NCBI RefSeq assembly: GCF_018350175.1 | Contig: NC_058368.1 | Coordinates: forward strand, 73,906,001 to 73,970,000 | Origin: Felis catus | Lineage: Eukaryota | DNA: 64,000 nucleotides | Reading direction: 5' to 3' | Shown here: positions 23,806 to 35,150 of the stretch, piece after piece | Position numbering within the stretch: position 1 is the stretch's first letter | How the letters are laid out: each line of letters opens with the position of its first letter | Program-made: the position numbers and the translations under genes | Notes under the pieces: generated by a model | What the model saw: the letters and a program-made list of their open reading frames with translations, nothing else | What the model was told of the DNA's origin: nothing | Database searches by the model: none

Positions 23806-24030
23806 TTTTCTTTTTCTTTTTAATGTTTATTTTTGAGACAAAGAGAGAGACACAGACAGACAGTGTGAGGAGGGGAGGGGCAGAGAGAGAGGGAGACACA
23901 GAATCCGAAGCAGGCTCCAGGCTCTGAGCTGTCAGCACAGAGCCCAATGCGGGACCCGAACTCACGAACCACGAAATCACAACCTGAGCCAAAGTCAGAT
24001 GTTCAACCAACTGAGCCACCCAGGTGCCCC
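23806..24030 (-). mobile_element. Can-SINE (SINEC_Fc-type)
   Basis: Full length; perfect 16-bp TSD ttgacttttctttttc at 23790-23805 and 24031-24046. Confidence 0.97.
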
Positions 24031-25612
24031 TTGACTTTTCTTTTTCAACCTTCAGTAGACTTTACACTGGGATGAAACCTTGAAGTGCTCCAACACTTGG
24101 TCTGGGGAGAAAAGTGAAGGGAGGGGAAGAGGTTTTCTTCAGTAATTATATCAACTCAGCTTGTAAATGCACTTTGAGAGCCTGCTGGAAGGAGATTTTA
24201 CAGCTGCTAACTTCTGTATAATCTGGTAGCTATTAAAATTGTAAACAGCGAAAATAAATTCCAAAGGTCTAAACTTGATAGTGAGGTTTGGGGTTTTTTT
24301 TTTTTTTTTTTTGCCTGCAGATTGATAAGAGATGAATCTCAGGTTCATGTAAGCTTGGCCTCCAATTTTCTGATATCAGGTCAAGACCAACATGTTTAGA
24401 GAAAAGCTTTGATTTAAGGAGATTTATATTCAAATCACATCAGAGGTCCAAGACCAAAAATCAACCTCCCTCAAGTTACGTCAGTGCATTTTCCTGTAGA
24501 CAGTCTGAATCTGCTTGAATATTTTCCAGACTTCTCATCAAGGTAGGCCTTTGCTTTACAGTGTGCTCTAACCAGTCCAAGCTCAGTCCGGATTATTTCC
24601 CTTTCTCATCATTTTCCTGAAAGTATTAGAGTTCTCATCTTTATGATGAGAAAGGATCGCAAGGGGGGATTTCCACTTTGGAATTGCCTTTCCAACTTCT
24701 AGCTGTTCGTGGGGTTAATGACAGTGTTCTTTCATCGCAGTAAATATAGAGCGTGCCTGCCAAATCAGAGGAGACATAAGCCCTCTCTAACAATGTTTTT
24801 GAAAATTGCTATGGAATATACACTGGTGGCCTGTGGCAAAAAAAAAAAAAAAAAAAAAAAACAACCAAAAAAAAACCACAAACAAACAAACAAACAAAAT
24901 GAAGGTGGTTCAGAGTGTGGCTGGTCTGAAGTGTGAGCCCGTCACTTGAATTGTTAGCCTGCTTTCACAGTAACTCATTTAGTTGCTTATTTATTCAGTA
25001 AGTGCTTCTACCCTGGCGCCACAGGTCCTACGCCCCCACCCCCAAGCCCCGGAAACTTGCCCCATTAGTGTGTTCATCTTGATATCCTGGTTCACAGCAG
25101 TCGGATGTCTGGAGTGAAGACACGTCCAGGGCTGGGCCGAGGAATGGACGTGGAGAAATATGTCCTCCTAACAGAGGACGATTGGCAACAGACAACCACC
25201 CAAGAAGAAAAACTAAAAAACCGGCCCGATTGGTTGTTGCCAGATCAAAGGAATCACTCTTGTTATTTTTCATGACCTTGGTTCCGATTTTTTCCGTCTC
25301 TGGAAAGACAGAGCACAGCACAACGCTGTTAAAAAAACCTTGAAGACAGAGCACCATGAGGGTCAGAATTTAGGTTAGAGATGTGTCCTATATCTTCATC
25401 ATTTTAGGTTAAAAATGTGTGTCACAAATAGAAGGGAGGTTCTAAATGCTTACATTTACTTCATTAAATACGGAAACAAAGGTACTGAGCTGTACATTTT
25501 GAATTCCACATTCAGTGCCCTTGATCTATTGAACCTTGATTCCTTTTCTTAAGAGTCTTTTCATTCTTGGGTTTAGGTTTTAAAATGTAGAAATGTTTTA
25601 TACATTATTTTT

Positions 25613-25828
25613 TTTTTAATTTTTTTTAACGTTTATTTATTTTTGAGACAGAGAGAGACAGAGCATGAACGGGGGAGGGTCAGAGAGAGGGAGACACAGA
25701 ATCTGAAACAGGCTCCAGGCTCTGAGCTGTCAGCACAGAGCCCGACGCGGGGCTCGAACCCACAGACCACGAGATCATGACCTGAGCCAAAGTCGGCCGC
25801 TCAACCGACTGAGCCACCCGGGCTCCCC
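25613..25828 (-). mobile_element. Can-SINE (young, CpG-rich SINEC_Fc-type)
   Basis: cccgacgcggggctcgaacc retained; TSD tt(t/g)atacattattttt. Confidence 0.97.
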
Positions 25829-26504
25829 TTGATACATTATTTTTAACAGAATCTTTAAATAATAGTTTATTAACAAGATGATCAATTCAATGGGTTTTCC
25901 TGTGTCCCAGATGTAATCACCGGTTCCAGACTTTTGGAAAGGGTTATTTGTGCACGAGGCTCTCAAAGACTACGGCATTTCCATCTTTACTGTTTTTATT
26001 AGCTAACAGGTTCAATCACAAAATGTTTTCCCCTGCTTGGACGTCAGTACAACAGGTTCAAATGGCAATCTTGTTCACTGTGGCCTCTTTCAATGGTACC
26101 GCAGGTAAGCCTTTAACATTTAACTGGTTAGTCTGCATATACGTGGTATGTCATATTTGTATTCAATGGCAGCCTTTGATGTTCACTCAGATGTGAAGGG
26201 ACATGAGCTGGGAAAGCTTTGTTGGTTGCTGTCTCATGCTGATCTCTTAGACATCTCGATGACTGTGACACTACATGAAATGCCAATGAACTCTGAAAAG
26301 GATTCTCATCAAACAAAGTCCATGACAAAACGACACCAGGTATTGTCAACCCTGTTAAGCAGGTGACTAGCACATCAAGAAATGGCTGCTGAGAGCAGGT
26401 GACCTTACAGCTGTGACCTGTATGAGCCACAGGGACAGTCATTTTCTGGATCTCGATTAGGACAGTGCTTCTTTCATATACACAACTTTCATATACACAA
26501 GAGT

Positions 26505-26635
26505 CGCCTGGGCAACTTGTCAATATGCGGATTTTGCATCAATGTCTGGGAGGAGCCCGACATCCGGCATTTTGAACAAATTCCCAAGTGATATTGACAC
26601 TATTTGTTCATGGATCGCACTTGGAGAAGAAAGGT
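26505..26635. mobile_element. MER5A-like hAT fragment
   Basis: cctgggcaacttgtcaatatgcggatt...gcattttgaacaaattcccaagtgat...cgcacttggagaag. Confidence 0.5.
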
Positions 26636-26667
26636 GTGGGAGTGCTACATAAGAATTTTTGGTGGCA

Positions 26668-26881
26668 GAGGCGTCTGGGTGGCTCAGTAGGCTAAGCATC
26701 CAACTTCAGCTCAGGTCAACGATCTCATGGCCGTGGGTTCGAGCCCCACTTCAGTCTCTGTGCTGACAGCTCAGAGCCTGGAGCCTACTTTGGATTCTGT
26801 GTCTCTCTCTCTCTCTGCCCTTCCCCTGCTCATACTCTGTCTCTCTCTCAAAAATAAAAAACAATAAAAAAAGTTGTTTTA
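26668..26881 (+). mobile_element. Can-SINE (SINEC_Fc-type)
   Basis: Full length; TSD aagaatttt(t/a)ggtgg(c/g)a. Confidence 0.95.
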
Positions 26882-28673
26882 AAGAATTTTAGGTGGGAGA
26901 GATTCTGTGGTGGGGTGACTGTGTTCATTCACCATCTCTTTACCAGGAAGAGAACCAATGGCGGGGCACACAAGGTAAAGTTTGTGGGCTTTCTCTCATT
27001 TCTTTCTAATCTCACTTTTACTTTTGGCTGTTTCCACGATGATAAAGAACAAAATCCATTCAAAATTTACTCAGCTTCATAGTAGCACGTAAGTTGGGCC
27101 TTTAATCTTCACTCAGCTGTCCCATTTTCACAAAAGCGTTCTTTTCTCGCTGAGCAGTTACTCTTACCATTTGAATGCAGATTTGCAGCAAAACATTCAG
27201 GAAATGCTGTGTTCAAAATGATTAGTTAGTGGACTTCTGTGCGTCCCTCATTCCAAATCCAGACGAAGAGATTATAAGCTTCTCTGTACTGCCTTTTTTT
27301 TTTTTTTTTTTAAATTCCATCCACCATTTCCCATTGGGTCCCATGGAGCCCAAGGAGTTTTGCTTACGTAGGTATTGGGGCCATGGAACAGAAAAGGATT
27401 AAGCGGGCCACGCAGGGATCAGATCTGTCACCTCGGTCTCATTAGCGCCAGGCTCTGCCCAACTGCGCTAACGACCCATGCGCTTGCAGCTGCCTAGGCT
27501 AAGGGAGATGGATGTCTCTTCTCTGTTTCTCCAGTTCCTGAAGATGTTTCAAATGGTCCCGCTAGACTATGGAGATGCGTTTGCTTCGAGGATCTGCCAG
27601 GTTAGCCCGGACCTTGCAATTTATTGGTGCATTCTGTCAAACTACAGGCTTACGCTGGTAAATCAAAAAGGCTTTTTGGACTGTATCCCCAATAAGCTAG
27701 GCAGCTGGGGATTGAAATCTTGGGAGAGTCATGCTACAGCCCAGATACGTCTTGGGAAAATGTAAACAGTTGTGTCTCGTGCTCCATGTGCTGACAACCC
27801 CAGTTAAATCATTAAAAAAAAAACCCCCAAAAACAACAACAACAACAACAAAACAAACCATGTGAGTATGGCCGAAAGATAGCTTTCTCACCGCCGAATC
27901 ATGGATGTGTCGCAGGACCTGAAAAGACGTTTGACAAAGGAAGTTACATCACAGTTAATCTAGGGGGACTGCCTGGAGAATGTGGACTAAAACCTCTTCT
28001 CCAAGGTGCTACAATGGCAAGACTATTTGAGTTTCAGTAACGAGGGCATTTTATCTTCTGAGCCATAGTTTTGAATCCAGTGGCTCCTAAGTTCACTTCT
28101 GCATGGAAATCTTTGCCAGGATATCTTTCGACACTCTTGCGGCAGAAATTTCATTGAAAATCAGTGTTTTATTCTCCTAGTGAGTTTTTTCCCTTCGTGC
28201 TAGGTCTTACTAGCTTATCAGACAGAACTCAGTATTTGCTAATCATTTTTTTTTTTTTTGGTGGAACTCATTTTTTTGTAAAGCATCAAATTGAACATTC
28301 AAAATGTCATTATGTACATGTGGTATTATTTTATGCAGAACAGACTTCTAAAATGCAGTAAATAGTCTTGATTAAAATGGAAACCTTTTAAATAATCATG
28401 GGGTATAAAATCAAATGGAGTAAGTCTGAAGTAATGCAAGTCAACCAAAACAGCTTTAATGCTGTTTTTCTCATTTCCCTCTGCTTCATCCCCTGAAGAA
28501 CATAAAATTCTTAGGAGTGTATTAGTGGTGTGTTGAATGCTCCCCTGAGAATACCTGAGCCCCATGCTCCTGCATAACTGGTGTGATTGGTGCTCACACT
28601 ATTGGCATTCTCTTCCCCAAGCCTTTGCTCTAGTCATTGTCCTTTGAGAAATGCACCATTTCTTCCTCTAGAT

Positions 28674-29028
28674 AAGAGTTTCTCAGGGTGCCTGGGGGGC
28701 TCAGTCGGTTGAGCGCCCTACTTCGGCTCATGTCACGATCTCAGGGTTCGTGGGTTCGAGCCCTGCGTCGGGCTCTGTGCTGACAGCTCGGAGCCTGGAA
28801 CCTGCTTCAGATGCTGTGTCTCCCTCTCTCTCTGCTCCTCCCTGCTCTCACTCTGTCTCTTTCTGTCTCTCAAAAATGAATAAATGTTAAAAAAAATTTA
28901 GAAGCATCTCTGGGATCTCTGCTCACTAGGTGCCAGTAGAACCCTCCCCTTATAATAACAAAAACTGCGTCGAAGACATCGCCAAACGTCTACCAGTGGG
29001 CCACTCTCCTGGCAGTTGAGAACCACTG
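28674..29028 (-). mobile_element. MER20 hAT transposon, interrupted by a Can-SINE, with internal loss
   Basis: Left end aagagtttctca; right part tttagaagcatctctgg...cactaggtgccagtag...gacatcgccaaacgtc...gttgagaaccactg; flanks ctctagat / ctctgact. Confidence 0.75.
28686..28896 (+). mobile_element. Can-SINE (SINEC_Fc-type), no TSD visible
   Basis: Head, B-box, (CT)n, aataaatgttaaaaaaaa tail. Confidence 0.95.
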
Positions 29029-29313
29029 CTCTGACTCTGTTTTATCTCCCAAGCCCAAGCATCACCTGCACTATGAAGCCTCTCTTGATCATTTATATTA
29101 TTCCATGATGACTTTTCCGTTACATTTACACATAAAATCCAATTGCCTGGACAAGATACATCCACATCGACAATGAAATGCTACAGAGAATAAGGGAGTT
29201 GAGGGCCAGTCTTTCCTGGATATCTTCTCCTTTATAGAGATAACCACAATTATAGTAGGTGTTTTTCCAGACCGTTTGAAGGCATCTGAAAGCTAAAAAA
29301 ACACTATGTCATT

Positions 29314-29560
29314 TTTTTAATCTGTTTAATTGTTCTTAATGTTCATTTACTTTTGAGAGAGAGAGAGAGAGGGAGGGAGGGAGAGAGACAGAACATGAGC
29401 TGGGGAGGGGTCAGAAAGAGAGGGAGACACAGAATCCCAAACAGGTGCCAGGCTCTGAGCCCTCAGCATAGAGTCCGATGTGAGGCTTGAACCCACGAGC
29501 TGGGAGATCATGATTTGAGCTGAAGCTGGATACTTATCATCTGAGCCATCCAGATGCCCC
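29314..29560 (-). mobile_element. Can-SINE
   Basis: Ends ccagatgcccc; TSD actat(g/c)tcatt. Confidence 0.93.
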
Positions 29561-30020
29561 TACTATCTCATTGTTCTAATTTGTTTCCCTTTCCTTGCTA
29601 ATAAGCTCGAGCATGTCTTCCTATGCTTAATGGTCATTTGAATTTTTTCCTTTTGTATTGCTTTAGCCTACTTTTCCAATTTATTATTTTCTTCATATTG
29701 CTTAACATTGAAATCCATATTTACATTACAGTTATAGGTCACTTGCTTGCTATATATGTATAGCAAAATGTTCTCCCAGGCTGTGTAACTGCATGTGTTG
29801 TTGTACATTAAATTTTTACATAGCCAAAAATGTCAAACTTTTCCTTTATGGCTACTGGATCGTATACCTTAGTTAGAAAGTTTTTTACTTCTCAGATATA
29901 TCTAAAAAATTACCCCATTTTCTCCTAATGCTCTTATACTTTTCTCCTCAATTAACTAACTTATAGTGAAAAGTAAGGATTTAACATCCCCTTTTTCATT
30001 TCAAATGAATAGTTCTATCA
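29561..30020 (-). mobile_element. Old L1M ORF2-region fragment
   Basis: ctcattgttctaatttg...gagcatgtcttcctatgcttaatggtcatttg...gcaaaatgttctcccaggctgtg resembles reverse L1 ORF2. Confidence 0.6.
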
Positions 30021-30024
30021 TTCA

Positions 30025-30525
30025 GTGCAGGTGAGTTTCAACTGCAGTAACAAAGAACCCTGGATGTCAGTGGCTTGCAACCTCTCCGTTTAGCTAAGAC
30101 TCTGCTGGATGTCTTTTTTATTCTAGACCCTGAAGGATTAGCCTTCATCTGTGACATGCCAAAGAGGAGAAAGATGTGGTGGAGCTGAACCTTCACTATT
30201 TTTTTTTTAATTTTTATTTATTTGAGAGAGAGAGAGAGAGAACACAAGCAGGGGAGAGGCAGAGAAAGAGGGAAGACAGAGGACCCGAAGCATGTCCTGT
30301 GTTGACAGCAGAGAGCCCAATGTGGGGCTCGAACTCACGAGATGCAAGATCGTGACCTGAACTGAAGTCAGACGCTTAACCGACTGAGCCACCCAGGCAC
30401 CCTTGTACCTTCACCATTAAAGCTTCTCCTCTGAGGTGACCCAATCACTTCCGTCACATTTTATTGGACAATGCAAAAGACATGACCAACACTGATAACC
30501 ACGAGTGAGAAGTATTATCCTTTCT
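30025..30525 (-). mobile_element. Old MaLR LTR (MLT1K/L-like), interrupted by a Can-SINE
   Basis: ctgcagtaacaaagaaccc...cagtggcttg...aagcttct...tcacttccgtcacattttattgg...catgacc. Confidence 0.55.
30201..30403 (-). mobile_element. Can-SINE
   Basis: Ends cttaaccgactgagccacccaggcaccct; TSD tg(a/t)accttcac(t/c)att. Confidence 0.95.
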
Positions 30526-32040
30526 CAGAGATAGGCCTTGTAGAAATGAATTCAATAAAGGGCAGTGAATGTCTCAAAAGAGTCAATGTTTCTAAAACCA
30601 TTAAAGGAATATGCCCTTTACTTTCCATTGATTTGCTGTATCACTCACCTGGAACTGGCATATATCATTCTGTACTATTTTTATTCATCCTTTTATGAAT
30701 ATATTCTCTCTACCCAACTAAGTAAGTTCCTGGAGATCACAGATTCTCTCTTATTAGTGTTACACTTAGCCATTGCCTGAATCTTTGGGAAGTTGGAGAT
30801 GGGCCCAAATATTCATTATTAGGGCAATGTGTAAGTACATACCGAAGGGCACAAGTAACTCAACTTGTTATGTAGGCGGCTTAAATGTAACACCTTTTTT
30901 CCTGCTGTAAAATGATATTAGAATTCTGAAAATCTCAGGTTCAGCAAAGTCATGCCCTAAAATTAACAGAGCTAATGGGAAAAAAATAGGGTTGGGGCAT
31001 GTCACTCCAAACTTGTGCACTATCACTATAAAAATACTGAAAAGGACAATAATTATTCCAGTGGATGGATTAACATTTAAAACATCAAATTCCTAATGTA
31101 TACAAAATACTGAAGCACGTGTCAAATTTTATCACAATAATTTGAACATAGAATGTTGGAAAGGGGTATAAAGAAAGATTCAGCCTGTTGAATTTGGAGC
31201 AAAGAGCCAAAAGCACAAAAGAGTAAAGAAAAGCATATATAAAGGCTTCCAAGTGGGGAGGTGGTCAAGCCACGCTAAGAAGATGTGCGCTAAGCAGGCA
31301 TTGAGAACATCCCCGCAGTCCAGCCTCCTTCAGCTGGAGTTGTGTACTTGTTATCAGTGGCTTGTGATTTGTGTACCTGTGTTTAGTGTTTGTAAACATT
31401 TGAAAGCTGGGAAGATAGCTGAGGAAGATGTGTGACTTCTTTGTTATCCGCCATCATTCTCCTCTTTCCCGTTTGTGTAGAGGCGAATTTGCATTATAGT
31501 GACAACCTGTACATTCAGCAGCGTGCATGGATTTTTAAAACCTAACGCTCGGATGAAAAGGCAGGAGACAGTGGGGGATTCATTGGAAATACTCCTTGTG
31601 TAAATTAACAACACAAACGGAGGGCTACAGTTTTACAGGGATGTACACCTATTTGAGGATCTATTTCAAACACATTGGAGGAGCAAGTATCTATTGGGAG
31701 GGGTGGAATTCAGGGGAAGACACAGACAAGGGAGTGAAGACAAAGGGAAACAAAGTTGCAGAATGGAATCTCGCAACCGTTGCTGAATGCCTTGCACTGT
31801 GTGATTAGCTCAGTTGCTGAGAACAGGGACGGCCACTGCAATCTGTCCCGGGTTCATAAGGTGCTAGGGAAAGGAGTTGATGTATGGTCTGGCTAAAGCA
31901 CTCAGATCCTGCTTGTGTTGTGGTTACCACAGCCAGGAGTTCAAGATTTCATTGTCTCCCACATGCTAAACTCTGCTAGGAATTCCACTAAAATTGACAT
32001 GTAGTTGCCTCTGGGATATGGTTTCCTTTAATGCAAGATT

Positions 32041-32059
32041 CTGTGCCCCCTGGTGGTGA
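32041..32059 (-). promoter_or_regulatory. Candidate CTCF binding site
   Basis: + strand tgccccctggtgg = CCACCAGGGGGCA on minus, a near-perfect CTCF core; binding not shown. Confidence 0.55.
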
Positions 32060-32499
32060 GTGGTTTAGGAGATCAAGGTCAACCAGAGCGGTGCTTCGCG
32101 AGTTTTCCCTGGGTGTGACGCGCTCTCTTCCTGGAGGTTTGTGAGGCAGCCAATCAGACAGATCCGTAGTCTCCTCTTGCCTGCCATCTGGGTGATGTCC
32201 TACACTTAGCGACATCAGGATCATCGAACAGCTATAACGCCCTCCCTGAACTTCCAGCCCCCTCAAATATTTGACATTGGGAAGGCAGCTATGCTACCAT
32301 ACCACCAACAGCACATTTGGCTTTGGGAATTTACACCGGTGGAGGATTACCTGGAGCCATATGAACTTTTACTGTGGGCTGGGAGGTTACCCACCACCCC
32401 TCCAGCCCCGGGGCGCCTGTTTATTCTTTGGTTCCTTATGTATCTCCTCTCCTTCACCTTCTACCTTTTCTTCCTTCCGGCCATAGATCAGCTTAAATT

Positions 32500-33600
32500 T
32501 CCTTTGTTCTGCAAATCTTTCCCATTACTATGCCTCCCTATTCAAGTAAGAACTCATCCTTCCCGCTGCCTCCTCGTGAGGAATCTTTTGGAAGGCTGTC
32601 ATCTTCATCAGAATGTAAGAAAAAGGGGGCTTAGTTTGTCTGTTGCAACATCCCCAGTGTCTTGAATAGTGCTTGGCATGTTGGTGGTTAATAAGTGTCT
32701 AAGGAGTGGCTGAAGGAATACACCACTCAACAAAAGTCATTCTCTTCTACTTTCATTCATTATGTAGCATGTCACAAACTCTCCCCACTAAACATATTGA
32801 AACCGTCTTATTTAATAGCACTGACCTTCTATCTGGCAAACTGGGTTGTACTTTTGAACTACACTATTAATGTTTCCCCCTCCCACAGCATTCGACTCAA
32901 TCATTCCCTTCCTATTTCCTATGTCTTAAAAAAAAAAAAAAAACCAGCCTATCCTGATTCTTCTTCTAGGATTCGGACAATTTTTTTTTGCCACCCTTTT
33001 TGTATCTTCTTCCTTCACCCAAACTTTAAATATTAGCTATCCCCTTCTCTCTTCTGTTCTTCAGGCTTCGACTTTGTTGGTGTCTCATGAATATACAATA
33101 GCAGCCTCTCTCTGGAATGATAAGCTTACACTTCCAGAAATCTCAAGACGTTTCTTTTCTTGAACGTGTCACAGCTACTTCAGCATTAGCATTTGAAAAA
33201 TTATACTAAGTCCCACTGCAACTAAAGTACTTGCCCTTTTTCCTGAATTCTCCGTTGATGATCTCACCATATCTCCAGTCTCCCAAGCTGGGGATGCTTG
33301 TCTCTGCTGTCTCCTTTCCTTCTGCCATCCTTTCCTATAATTGGTCTTCAAGACCTATCCATTGGACCTTAGAAATGCCTTGCAGGTCTGGACTCGCCAT
33401 TCCCCTGCTATCATCATTGCACAAGGTTCCAACGTTTCCCATCTGAATTATCTTTCCTGTACTAAAATTGTCTGCCTAAAAACACGAATAAAATCATCAC
33501 AGATTCCTATTTTCTCCAGAGTGCCTCTATTAAAAAGTTTCAACGTCCTATCCAAAGGACCCAAGAATTTGGAGGCCATTCTCATTCTCCAAACTAACTT
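32500..33600 (+). mobile_element. L2 LINE fragments
   Basis: ccccagtgtcttgaatagtgcttggcatgttggtggttaataagtg (3' end) and downstream pyrimidine-rich L2-like blocks; several decayed pieces. Confidence 0.45.
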
Positions 33601-33690
33601 CTTGTCTTTCCTTAGTTCCTTTTTATTTTTAGTACCACCCCCCATCCTCCTTTGGATTAGAATTCTTCATTGGCTCAAGGTCTTAATCAA

Positions 33691-33830
33691 GATGGGTGAT
33701 GGGTATTAAGGAGGGCACTTGTGATGAGCACTGGGCGTTATATGCAAGGGATGAATCACTAAATTCTATTCCTGAAACTAATATTATACTATATGTTAAC
33801 TAATTAGAATTTAAATAAAAACTTGAAACA
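33691..33830 (+). mobile_element. Carnivore L1 extreme 3' end (short insertion)
   Basis: gatgggtattaaggagggcacttgtgatgagcactgggcgttatatgcaag..gatgaatcactaaattct...aatttaaataaaa. Confidence 0.9.
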
Positions 33831-34947
33831 ACAACAGAATAAGCTTACTATAGTCTTAAAAAAAAGGGGGGTCTCTCCTACCAGAGACTGAAGGTATAAG
33901 ATTATCCCTCAAGAGAAGAGGTTTTTACCTTCATCTTTCTTCTTATTTCAAGGCTCACCTCTGAGTAGAAGGGGGTGACATTTTGACCTCACTCAGTTTT
34001 CTCATAGCCTGTTTTGCAAATATGAGGTGTCGACCTGTCCATCTATCCACCCATCTGTCCATCCCTATCATATATCCTGTGTGGTTTCATGCCTCCTGGA
34101 AAAATTCCAATGTACAAAGTATGGCATTTTCTACTATATCAAAGTCTGAAAAACTATATCCAGAGGGTTTTAAATATGTATAATGTTTACCAAAATGTTA
34201 CCTTTTGGAAGCATTGTTTCAACCTAACCTAATTTTTTTCGTGTGCATAGATGATGTCTGGTCATGTTGTGTGCACGGGAATTCTCTTGGAGCCTAAACA
34301 CACAATGGACTTTTCAGAAGGAAATGTATGTGTGCCCAACTGATATGTTGCAGCAGAATCACGCTGACAGTGTTCAGTGCATTTAAAGACATGCTCTGTG
34401 CTTTTTAGAAGAATCCGTAAAGTAGAAATGTTACTCACATTGTATCTCCATATGTTGAAACATATCAGACATCCTATCCTGATTGTTTCAACCTCTTCTC
34501 TTGAAAGTTTCACACTGGCAAATTTAAAGAATGAGACAGGAAACTGATTTACAAACCTCCAATGAAGATTTTCTGACTTTACACTTCTCTGTTAGGCTTC
34601 ATGGTCTAATCAATAAAGCTGGAACCCCTGATTTTAAAAAGTGGAATTTTGATCAAGCTCTCACATATCATGTATTTTATGGTACCAACTTCCCTGAGGT
34701 GGGCTTAAGCTTACAGAGGCCCCAAAGTAAATTGATTTATAAGAAAACAAATAACCAATATGAATATTCAATACATCACTTAGACAAAATGGTCAGCAGG
34801 GCTTTGTTTGAGTGACAGCCATCTCAAAACATGGGCGTCTGCTTTCCACCTTTTTGTAATGGTGAAACCAGCTTGAAGAAATAGCTTTCTTTTTGTAAAG
34901 CAACAGATAAAAGACGCTTAATCTTTTATAAAAAAAGAAATGAATGT

Positions 34948-35150
34948 GGGGCACCTGGGTGGCTCAGACAGTTGAGCTCAGGTCACGATCTTGCAGTTCA
35001 TGAGTTCGAGCCCCCACATGGGACCCACTGCTGTCAGCCTGTCAACTGCCAGCTTCAGATCCTCTGTCCCCTTTCTCTGCTCCTCCTCTGCTTGTGCTCT
35101 CCCCTCGCCCCCCCCCCCCCGCAAATGAAATAAAAAGAGGAAAAAGAAAA
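34948..35150 (+). mobile_element. Can-SINE with short internal deletion and poly-C linker
   Basis: Head, B-box, tail; perfect TSD aaaaaagaaatgaatg at 34931-34946 and 35151-35166. Confidence 0.93.

Noticed and set aside
23762..24019. Recurrent MAQ.V..LT.AQV...SSP..GS.LTAQSLEPASDSV peptides (also 30207, 41409, 61814)
   Set aside because: Translations of Can-SINE copies, not a gene family
25105..25276. Short + ORF MSGVKTRPG...CYFS with protein-like composition
   Set aside because: 56 codons, unrecognised, no splice or promoter support
33830..33870. Possible 3' transduction after the short L1 end
   Set aside because: TSD ambiguous (only gtcttaa shared); cannot be separated from decayed tail and flank
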